64,000 bases of DNA from Alistipes sp. Its GTDB lineage: Bacteria > Bacteroidota > Bacteroidia > Bacteroidales > Rikenellaceae. Position numbers and translations under genes: made by a program. The stretch covers positions 75,471 through 139,470 of the forward strand of contig JAZOPR010000014.1 in NCBI GenBank assembly GCA_045655685.1. Reading direction: 5' to 3'. A model generated the notes under the pieces. It did not search any database. It saw only the letters and a program-made list of their open reading frames with translations, and was not told where the DNA came from. Below, piece after piece: positions 38,512-46,262 of this stretch (positions are counted from its first letter, which is position 1; every line of letters starts with the position of its first letter).

Positions 38512-40884
38512 ATGTCGAAAACATACACCTATCCCGATCCTAATGACAGAATTACCGCGACCCTGATTGGTCAGTTTCAGCACAATGATGACTATTGGGC
38601 TCGAAGTGAGCAGGCAGTTTTTCGCAATATCCATCACACGATATCGCAAATCAATCTGACCAACTACTCGTTGCTCGATGTGGGTTGTGGCGAAGGTCGA
38701 TTGTTTGTTGATTTCGTCAACGGAGCCTCCAAAATCGTCGGTCTGGAGCCCGATGCGGAGCGCTTTGCGGTTGCCCAAAAGTATGTTAATGATCATAATT
38801 TCAATGATAAGATCCTGTTGCTGAATTCGTCATTGGAGAACAGTCACCTTCACGACGAATTCGACATCGTTCTGTCGAGCCATATCATTCAACATATTCC
38901 GACCTGGTCGCTCCGATCGCACCTCGAGCAACTATGCCGACATACCCGCGATAACGGTCTGCTGATCATCAATACGAACATCTCGCACGAAGAGGACGAA
39001 TACTTTGTCAAGGATACGTTAGAGGGCGATCAGTTTGCCGAAACCAAAATCACCAAAGAGGAGTTCGACCAATTGACCCACAGTGGCGCTGGCTCGTTGC
39101 CGATACATATGTTCAATGGCGAGAAGTTGAAGGAGGAAGTTGAAGCGTATGGTTTCCAACTCTTGTCAAAAAGGCTTTTCCACGTTGATAAAGAGATGCA
39201 GGAGCAGTATGGCGACAAAGCCGACGCAGAGGTTAATGATAACCCCGAACTTGCTGCCAAATATGGTCGTGATGTCTGTTTTATCTTCCAGAAACAGCGC
39301 CTAATCAAAACCATACGCAAGGGTGCTCTGGCTGAATTTTGCGCGTTCAATATCAATATTAATGGCCAATCGGACAAGCTGAAAACATTATTGAACGGTC
39401 TGAGAAGTAGCGTTGCAGATATTTTTGTTACTTCGCCATTTTGCACCACGATGGATTCAGACAAAGCCCAAACGTGTGTTTGTGGCGACGTCGCAGATGA
39501 ATTTTGCAAAACCGGACAGCGAATCAATAGCAGTTTCAGATACCCAATCGGTACGACCTATTTCAACTTCTTCAGCAAGAAGATAATCCCGTTGAAAGTC
39601 TCGATCACTTTCTTCCCGTTCAGAAATGTCGGCATTGTCTGTTTCAATGTGATAATCAATGACTTGCCTATTGATGAAGTCATCGTACTGAAACAATTTT
39701 TCAACGGTTGCGCCAACCTCGAATCGACCGGACAAACCACAACTGAGCTTGCGCGATACTTTCAACCGTCAGATACAAACGCAGCCGCCGAGAAGATCGC
39801 GGGCAAACCCTTCTGGGATCTATGCAACTATCTGATCCGATGCATAACGAATCAGGCAAAAGCCCAAATTGCCAAAGATTTTTCGTGGCAGACACAGGGC
39901 AAATATTTGATCGAAGAGAACGATTCGCTCGAAACCGTTATTGACAATTTCGACCAGCTACATACGAGTCGCGGCTTTATTTATCCCACATTAGAGATCA
40001 AGGAGACCGACCTCGAATTCAATAAACAGGATGCATTTACGTGGTCGTTGCACAACTGTCGCTCGCTCTATGGTTTGCTCGTTGGTGATGAGGGTTATAA
40101 ATATGTACCACGCAGTCTGGCGCAGAAACGACTGTCGCAATATCAGTGGGGAACACGCAAGTTTGTCAGTATCTTCGCCTATGGCAACAACACTATTCTG
40201 CTCAATTTCAAGAGTAGCTCGAAGATCGGCAAGGAGTATATCGAGTATGAAAGAATGTGGTCGAAGAACTACTATTCGGCCGATCGCAATAAGTACTTCG
40301 AGATGTGTCCTTGCATTGCGGGCATTGATCACGGACTGTATCGAATAATCGAGCGCAATATTGTTATCTTCTACGAGAATAACTACATTACTCAGGTAGA
40401 TCAATCGACCGCAATCAATATCAACAAGAAGCGTAATAAGATTATTCTCTTCCTGCAAAAGACCGAATCCTCAAAAGATGAGATTAACGATTTGTTCTAT
40501 ATTATCTCACAGGCGTCGGGTACAGGCAATATCATCGACGCAACAAAACAACGCCTTGCGCTTCGATCTGAGGAGAAGAATCTGATCAATCAACGCCAGA
40601 ACAATATTACGATTTTCATTCTGACTGTAACATCGACCCTCCTGGGCTTCATCGCCATCAGCCAGGGATCCTACTTCTTTGATTTCATTGATGGTTGGAT
40701 CGAGAAGGATCCTGGAACACTTCTCATCCGTGCTATGATGATAATTTTTACTGCCTTTGTACTATTCATCGTCATTAGCAGTTGCAAGGTGCGTAATGCT
40801 AAACGTGCTTGGTACAGGTTGTTGCATTCGAAGCCTTGCCTATATATAGCATCTTGTTATCGTAAACTTGTAGACAAGAAATAA
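38512..40884 (+). CDS. Low-GC 790-aa fusion protein: class I SAM-dependent methyltransferase domain (about aa 1-265), an unknown middle domain, and a C-terminal two-TM CorA/DUF155-like module
   Basis: SAM motif I LLDVGCGEGRL, post-I IVGLEPD, FDIVLSSHIIQHIP. Middle-region motif ITFFPFRNVGIVCFNV. C-terminal sequence NNITIFILTVTSTLLGFIAISQGSYFF, a loop, then LLIRAMMIIFTAFVLFIVISS and a basic tail KVRNAKRAW. Sampled lines have 28/60 and 20/60 GC, against 37/60 in the upstream gene. Confidence 0.8.
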   Translation: MSKTYTYPDPNDRITATLIGQFQHNDDYWARSEQAVFRNIHHTISQINLTNYSLLDVGCGEGRLFVDFVNGASKIVGLEPDAERFAVAQKYVNDHNFNDKILLLNSSLENSHLHDEFDIVLSSHIIQHIPTWSLRSHLEQLCRHTRDNGLLIINTNISHEEDEYFVKDTLEGDQFAETKITKEEFDQLTHSGAGSLPIHMFNGEKLKEEVEAYGFQLLSKRLFHVDKEMQEQYGDKADAEVNDNPELAAKYGRDVCFIFQKQRLIKTIRKGALAEFCAFNININGQSDKLKTLLNGLRSSVADIFVTSPFCTTMDSDKAQTCVCGDVADEFCKTGQRINSSFRYPIGTTYFNFFSKKIIPLKVSITFFPFRNVGIVCFNVIINDLPIDEVIVLKQFFNGCANLESTGQTTTELARYFQPSDTNAAAEKIAGKPFWDLCNYLIRCITNQAKAQIAKDFSWQTQGKYLIEENDSLETVIDNFDQLHTSRGFIYPTLEIKETDLEFNKQDAFTWSLHNCRSLYGLLVGDEGYKYVPRSLAQKRLSQYQWGTRKFVSIFAYGNNTILLNFKSSSKIGKEYIEYERMWSKNYYSADRNKYFEMCPCIAGIDHGLYRIIERNIVIFYENNYITQVDQSTAININKKRNKIILFLQKTESSKDEINDLFYIISQASGTGNIIDATKQRLALRSEEKNLINQRQNNITIFILTVTSTLLGFIAISQGSYFFDFIDGWIEKDPGTLLIRAMMIIFTAFVLFIVISSCKVRNAKRAWYRLLHSKPCLYIASCYRKLVDKK

Positions 40885-40896
40885 TCCTGCTTATAC

Positions 40897-40935
40897 AAAA
40901 AAATCCCCGAAACGTGGTTGTTTCGGGGATTTTTT
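40897..40935. terminator. Bidirectional rho-independent terminator shared by the fusion gene (+) and tRNA-Thr (-)
   Basis: AAAAAAATCCCCGAAAC-GTGGTT-GTTTCGGGGATTTTTT, with a stem of at least 11 bp and an A-run and T-run on either side. Confidence 0.8.
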
Positions 40936-40936
40936 G

Positions 40937-41009
40937 AGCCGCAAACGAGACTTGAACTCGTGACCTCTTCATTACGAGTGAAACGCTCTACCAACTGAGC
41001 TATTGCGGC
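40937..41009 (-). tRNA. tRNA-Thr (anticodon CGT), CCA not encoded
   Basis: The reverse complement reads GCCGCAATAGCTCAGTTGGTAGAGCGTTTCACTCGTAATGAAGAGGTCACGAGTTCAAGTCTCGTTTGCGGCT. It has a 7-bp acceptor stem, anticodon loop CTCGTAA and T-loop GTTCAAG. Confidence 0.9.
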
Positions 41010-41417
41010 ATCACTTCAAAGGTCTTGATCCTTTTGCGGTGCAAATATCCGAAAAAAATTTCGAATATTCCAACTTTCAAACCAAATTATATCATTTTAT
41101 CGCAAATTTTGTCTGAGCCTCGCCCGCAACCAGCCCCGTCGCACACCTCGCCTCGCACCTCGTATCCACTCTCGCCGCACGCCTCGCAACCCACCGCACC
41201 AAGTATGCATAAGCATACGATGCGGGTAGTTTTGTTCATAAAATATTACAGATATATGATATTATTCTCATTGCCGAATCGCCCGTTAATTCGCAACATC
41301 CGATGGTAAAGTTACGAATTTCGAATCGCAATTCCAACCTCTCGGGGCGATTCTGACGCAAAAGAGTGAACAATCTCCGATTTTTATTCGTATCTTCGCA
41401 TAAAATTACTTTCGCCT

Positions 41418-42842
41418 ATGATCACCTTTATCATCTGTTTCGCTCTGTTGGTGGTGGCATATTTCGTCTATGGCCGCTACCTCGAACGGCTCGTTGGAGC
41501 CGAGGCGGGTAAGCCCGTGCCCTCGCAAACCCACTTCGACGGCGTCGATTATATGCCCCTGCCGAAGTGGAAAACATTCCTCATTCAGCTGCTCAACATC
41601 GCAGGTCTGGGCCCGATCTTCGGCGCGGTGCTCGGAGCGCTCTACGGTCCCGTGGCCTTCATCTGGATCACGGCGGGAGGTATTCTGTTCGGCGCGATGC
41701 ACGACTTTTTGGGCGGTTGGATCTCGCTCGAAAACGACGGTCAGAGCCTGCCCGAGATCATCGGTAAGTACCTCGGCTCGGGCGTCAAGCAGGTGATGCG
41801 TGTGTTCACGGTCTGCCTGATGGTGCTGGTGGGTGCGGTGTTTCTGCTCGGCCCGGCGGGTCTGCTGGCGGGTATGACACCCTCGATCCCGTTGCAGTGG
41901 TGGATTGCTATCATTCTGATTTACTATATTTTGGCTACGTTGCTGCCCGTCGATAAGATCATCGGACGTATCTATCCGTTGTTTGGTGCGGCGTTGATGT
42001 TTATGGCGCTCGGACTGTTGGGCGTGCTGATTTTTGGTGACTACACGATCCCCGAACTGACCTCGCTGCACAACTTCAAGGCCGACGCCGAGGACTTCCC
42101 CATTGTGCCGACGCTCTTCATCACCATTGCGTGCGGTGCGATCTCGGGTTTCCACGCTACGCAGTCGCCGATGATGGCGCGTTGCCTGACCGACCAGAAG
42201 CAGTGCCGACCCGTATTCTTCGGTGCGATGATCTCGGAGAGCCTGATTGCGCTGATTTGGGCGGCTATTGCGATGGCCTTCTTTGGTGGTGTTGAGGCGC
42301 TGGGCACGGCGCTGGCGGAGCACGGCAACAACGCTTCGTGGGCGGTTAAGCTGATTGCCGACACGACGCTCGGTCGCGTGGGTGGTATCCTGGCGGTGCT
42401 GGGTGTGATTGCCGCACCGATCACCAGTGGCGACACGGCGTTCCGCAGCGCGCGACTGATCGTGGCCGACTTCCTCAAAGTCGAGCAGAAGAGCCTCGCG
42501 AAACGTCTGGCGATCTCGATTCCGCTGTTCGTGGTTGGATTCATCATCACGTTGGTCGATTTCGACGTGGTGTGGCGCTACTTCGCGTGGTTCAACCAGA
42601 CGCTGGCGGTATTCACGCTTTGGGCGGTGACGGTCTACCTCATCGGCCGCAAGAAGAACTATTGGGTTTCGCTCCTGCCCGCCACGGTAATGACCTTTGT
42701 GTGTGGCACTTATCTCTTCCTCGGAAAGGAGATGTTCCACCTCGACCATACGCTGAGTTACGTGCTTGGCGGAGCGATAACGCTCGTAACAGTAATCGTA
42801 TTTATCATCTGGAAACGACGCAATGATCAAACCACAGCTTAG
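41418..42842 (+). CDS. cstA: Carbon starvation protein CstA family transporter
   Basis: 474 aa, polytopic. The N-terminal segments YGRYLERL...DGVDYMPLPKWKTFLIQLLNIAGLGPIFGAVLGALYGPVAFIWI are CstA hallmarks. Confidence 0.85.
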   Translation: MITFIICFALLVVAYFVYGRYLERLVGAEAGKPVPSQTHFDGVDYMPLPKWKTFLIQLLNIAGLGPIFGAVLGALYGPVAFIWITAGGILFGAMHDFLGGWISLENDGQSLPEIIGKYLGSGVKQVMRVFTVCLMVLVGAVFLLGPAGLLAGMTPSIPLQWWIAIILIYYILATLLPVDKIIGRIYPLFGAALMFMALGLLGVLIFGDYTIPELTSLHNFKADAEDFPIVPTLFITIACGAISGFHATQSPMMARCLTDQKQCRPVFFGAMISESLIALIWAAIAMAFFGGVEALGTALAEHGNNASWAVKLIADTTLGRVGGILAVLGVIAAPITSGDTAFRSARLIVADFLKVEQKSLAKRLAISIPLFVVGFIITLVDFDVVWRYFAWFNQTLAVFTLWAVTVYLIGRKKNYWVSLLPATVMTFVCGTYLFLGKEMFHLDHTLSYVLGGAITLVTVIVFIIWKRRNDQTTA

Positions 42843-43521
42843 ACCTACGGCCGACCAGACCTTCCGTTTGGTAGCCGATCCCGCCGACCGAAAATGGGAC
42901 TTTGTTGAGATTCTGGCGCGCTCGCGCCGTGAGGAGCAGCAGGGCAACATCGAGGCTGCCTGCAACACCCGCTATCACGCCGTACAGCGCCTCGAAGAGC
43001 TCCTGCCCGACTCGGGCGAGGTGATCTTCGAGTGGGAGGACGACAACTCGCAGGCGGCATTGGAGGTTGTCTATTGTTCGGCCATCGACCACTTCCTGAT
43101 TGGCGATTGGGAGATGGCAGCGGCGATATTCGAGATGTTGCTCGAACTCGATCCCGAGGATCATCTCGAAGCGACTACTCGCCTGGCTTACACCTACATA
43201 GCAATGGAGGAGTACGATTCGTATGACGATATCGCCGACGACCTGAACGACAAATCGGTCGACAGGGCGATACTCTCGATGTGGAGTGCGTTTCGCCGTA
43301 CGGGCACTCTGCCTGTGGGCGAGGTGCGTAATTTCGGCAAGCGATTCGCGGCCTACTACAACGAGTTCTGTGCCGACGAGCACCCCATTGACGAGGGTTA
43401 CTTGGCTGATATCGAGAGTGAACGCCCCTCGGTGGCGGCTCAGGCGCGCGAGTTGTGGTTGCAGACCGAGCACCTCTGGGCGCAGTTCGGAGGCTTCATC
43501 GAGGCGCTGCGAAAGGCTTAA
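42823..43521 (+). CDS. Hypothetical helical-repeat (TPR-like) acidic protein
   Basis: 232 aa with host-like GC. Overlaps the cstA stop by 20 nt. No family motif recognised by eye. Confidence 0.45.
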   Translation: MIKPQLRPTADQTFRLVADPADRKWDFVEILARSRREEQQGNIEAACNTRYHAVQRLEELLPDSGEVIFEWEDDNSQAALEVVYCSAIDHFLIGDWEMAAAIFEMLLELDPEDHLEATTRLAYTYIAMEEYDSYDDIADDLNDKSVDRAILSMWSAFRRTGTLPVGEVRNFGKRFAAYYNEFCADEHPIDEGYLADIESERPSVAAQARELWLQTEHLWAQFGGFIEALRKA

Positions 43522-43716
43522 GACGATAATTGAACTCAGTCAGATTTGGCAAAGTGCAGTTTTCGTCAACAAATCGCATCTTTGCGAGCGTGGGGCGACT
43601 TTTAGACCGTCAATGACAAGGGCGAAGAGAGCAAAAGTCAAATAACAAAAGAACAATACGATGCCACATTAGATGAAATACTAAAAAAAGATAAAAGTGG
43701 TTTGAATAAAAGAACA

Positions 43717-44208
43717 ATGAGAAAGGTTTATCAAACATTAAAGTACATTATACCACTGCTTTTAATAGGTTATTTCTTCGTTGACCGTTATACCAATCCT
43801 TATCAACGTATCTATCGATATATTGAGCGGCATTGTAGTTTTGGCGTTGTGGACACCTGCTACATTGATATGGAAAAAGCACTTGGAGTAAAGTATGATC
43901 TTATCTACCATTTTACGGGCAATTTGCACCCCTATCCTGAGTTAATTGCCCAAGACCTTCGTTTGCCATATTCGGGGCGAGGTCTTGGAGATAATGAGGA
44001 ACGAATTATCTTGGTTCGAGATGACAAAGTGGTGTATGAGAGGACCTTCGAGCCACCTTACTATTATGGGTGGGGATTTGGATGGGATGCAATCGAGAAT
44101 TTCCCATTCCGAGAGAAAATATTTACTGTAACCATACAATACGGCAAGTTCGACAAAGAGAAACAAATGTATGAATATCGATACGTATTATTACCAAAAC
44201 GTCCGTGA
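43717..44208 (+). CDS. Low-GC hypothetical membrane-anchored protein
   Basis: 163 aa from the ATG at 43717; the ORF-track start at 43702 is a TTG. N-terminal TM helix YIIPLLLIGYFFV. Y/W-rich. The sampled line 43741-43800 has 20/60 GC. Its stop overlaps the GTG of the next gene (GTGA). Confidence 0.5.
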   Translation: MRKVYQTLKYIIPLLLIGYFFVDRYTNPYQRIYRYIERHCSFGVVDTCYIDMEKALGVKYDLIYHFTGNLHPYPELIAQDLRLPYSGRGLGDNEERIILVRDDKVVYERTFEPPYYYGWGFGWDAIENFPFREKIFTVTIQYGKFDKEKQMYEYRYVLLPKRP

Positions 44209-45164
44209 ATACCCGCCGTTTCAATAGCTATGCGGCCTACTTTCGCAGGCTGATGGGCGGTCGAGTGCAGAAGCTCTCGATCAATGCCTCGTTGGGGTGC
44301 CCCAACCGCGATGGGCGGATCTCGACGGGCGGCTGCACGTTCTGCACCAACGAGGCCTTCACTCCATCCTACTGCGACCCCGCGAAGAGCATCACGCAGC
44401 AGATCGAGGAGGGTATCGAGTTCCACACTCGCCGCTACCGCACGGCCGAGGGTTATCTGGCCTATTTTCAGTCATTTTCAAATACTTATGCGCCCCTCGA
44501 ACGCCTGCGCGAACTCTACTCGGAGGCTCTGTCGCACCCGCAGGTGAAGGGTATCATTGTCGGTACGCGCCCCGATTGCGTCGATGCGGAGAAGCTCGAT
44601 CTGCTGGCCGAGATCGCGCGCGAGCACTACGTTGCGGTCGAATATGGCATCGAGTCGTGCTACGACGCAACCCTCGCACGAATCAACCGTGGTCACGACT
44701 TCGAGTGCGCCCGCCGAGCGGTGGAGATGACCGCCGAGCGAGGTCTGCACTGCGGTGCGCATTTCATTCTCGGACTGCCCGAGGAGAGCGACCAAATGCT
44801 TATTGATCAGTGCGATACGATCAACTCACTGCCGCTCACGACCGTCAAATTCCATCAGTTGCAACTCTTTCGCGGTACGGCTATGGCCGCCGAATACGAC
44901 CGCGCGCCCGAGCGTTTCCGCACGTGGTCGATCGAGGAGTATCTGGATCTGTTCATCGAGATTCTGCGCCGTCTGCGCCCTGATCTGGTCGTGGAGCGTT
45001 TTGCGGGCGAGGCACCTCCGCGCTACCACCACACCGAGGGCTGGGGGCTCATTCGCAACGAACAACTGCTGGCGATGCTCGATGCCCGCCTCGAAGCGCT
45101 CGATGCACGCCAGGGCGACCTCTACAAACCCGCAAAAAGCCAAAATTTGGGCGTAAATTTGTAA
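44205..45164 (+). CDS. TIGR01212-family radical SAM protein
   Basis: 319 aa containing KLSINASLGCPNRDGRISTGGCTFC, the cluster motif of this family, then YFQSFSNTY and GIESCYD. Confidence 0.85.
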   Translation: MNTRRFNSYAAYFRRLMGGRVQKLSINASLGCPNRDGRISTGGCTFCTNEAFTPSYCDPAKSITQQIEEGIEFHTRRYRTAEGYLAYFQSFSNTYAPLERLRELYSEALSHPQVKGIIVGTRPDCVDAEKLDLLAEIAREHYVAVEYGIESCYDATLARINRGHDFECARRAVEMTAERGLHCGAHFILGLPEESDQMLIDQCDTINSLPLTTVKFHQLQLFRGTAMAAEYDRAPERFRTWSIEEYLDLFIEILRRLRPDLVVERFAGEAPPRYHHTEGWGLIRNEQLLAMLDARLEALDARQGDLYKPAKSQNLGVNL

Positions 45165-45205
45165 AAAAAGCGGCTCGGCGCGATACATCGAAACGGAATT
45201 TTTAA

Positions 45206-45213
45206 TAGTTTTG
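45206..45213 (+). promoter_or_regulatory. -7 promoter box TAGTTTTG
   Basis: Exact TAnnTTTG match, 43 nt upstream of the ATG at 45256. It overlaps the ORF-track TTG start at 45211 and argues against it. Confidence 0.45.
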
Positions 45214-45255
45214 TATTTTAGAATAAGTCTAAACATCGAAAAACCATACACAATT

Positions 45256-46140
45256 ATGGCAGAAACAACCTCACAGAAGATTTTGCGCGGACTCAAAGAG
45301 TACGGCATTATGACGCTCGGTATGTGGATCTACGCCTTCGCGTGGTCGAGCATTATCCTTCCCGCACGTTGTACGGGTGGTGGCGCCAGCGGTCTTGCAA
45401 TGATGATCTACTACGCATCGGGCGGTAATGTCGAGCTGGGTACGATGGTCGGTCTGATCAATGCCGTGCTGATTGTAGTTGCCTCATTCATAGTCGGTTG
45501 GAAGTTCAGCACCAAGACTATTTTCTCGATCATTATGCTCTCGTTCGCAATGAACGTGCTGCAAACCCACCTGCCCGCCGACATTATGCAGCTGGGCAAC
45601 GAACGTCTGCTGTCGTCGATTCTGGGCGGTATTCTGTCGGGTATCGGTGTTTCGCTCTGTCTGTTGCAGGGCGGTACGTCGGGCGGTACGGACATCGTTG
45701 CGCTGATCGTCAATAAGTATCGCACCATCAGCTACGGTCGAATTCTGTTCATCACCGACTTTATCATCATCGGTTCGTCGCTGTTGGTAACTCGTGATAT
45801 TCAGATGGTTATCTTCGGTTACGTTGTGGTTGCGGCTTGCGGTTACACCGCCGATGCAGTGCTTGCGGGTGATAAGAAATCGTCGCAGCTGATGATTATG
45901 TCGAAGAATCACGACGCCATTGCCGACGCTATTGTCAACGATCTGCACCGCGGTTGTACGGTGATGGACGGTACGGGCTGGTTCACCAAGGAGCCGACCA
46001 AGGTGGTGATGGTACTCTGCCGCAAGAGCGAAACAAGCACCATTCTGCGTACGGTGAAACGTGTTGATCCTGACGCCTTTATCTCGAATGCGAGCGTTAC
46101 GGGTGTCTATGGTCGCGGCTTCGAGGAGATCAAACGCTAA
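45256..46140 (+). CDS. YitT-family membrane protein with a C-terminal DUF2179 domain
   Basis: About 294 aa from MAETTSQKILRGLKEYGIMTLG. Has five TM helices, then a GCTVMDGTGWF...VDPDAFISNASVTGVYGRGF soluble domain. Confidence 0.8.
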   Translation: MAETTSQKILRGLKEYGIMTLGMWIYAFAWSSIILPARCTGGGASGLAMMIYYASGGNVELGTMVGLINAVLIVVASFIVGWKFSTKTIFSIIMLSFAMNVLQTHLPADIMQLGNERLLSSILGGILSGIGVSLCLLQGGTSGGTDIVALIVNKYRTISYGRILFITDFIIIGSSLLVTRDIQMVIFGYVVVAACGYTADAVLAGDKKSSQLMIMSKNHDAIADAIVNDLHRGCTVMDGTGWFTKEPTKVVMVLCRKSETSTILRTVKRVDPDAFISNASVTGVYGRGFEEIKR

Positions 46141-46174
46141 CGGCGCGACTCCCTCACCGAATAGAACGATTTAG

Positions 46175-46206
46175 GAGCGGTTTGGGGTCACCTGAACCGC
46201 TCTTTT
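46175..46206 (+). terminator. Rho-independent terminator after the yitT-like gene
   Basis: 8-bp stem GAGCGGTT/AACCGCTC with a 12-nt loop, followed by TTTT. It lies inside the ORF-track N-terminal extension of priA. Confidence 0.55.
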
Positions 46207-46262
46207 CATTGCAAATTTATTGGTTAAACTCTGCCTTCAGCGGCACCCGAATTTCGACAAAA

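Noticed and set aside
43702-46262. ORF-track N-terminal extensions using TTG or upstream starts: 43702, 45211, 46182, and likewise 34956, 53360, 16298, 24595, 4739 and 3888.
   Set aside because: The extensions overlap upstream genes, terminator hairpins (46175-46206) or -7 promoter boxes (45206, 4743, 24634). Downstream ATG or GTG starts give canonical N-termini or signal peptides.
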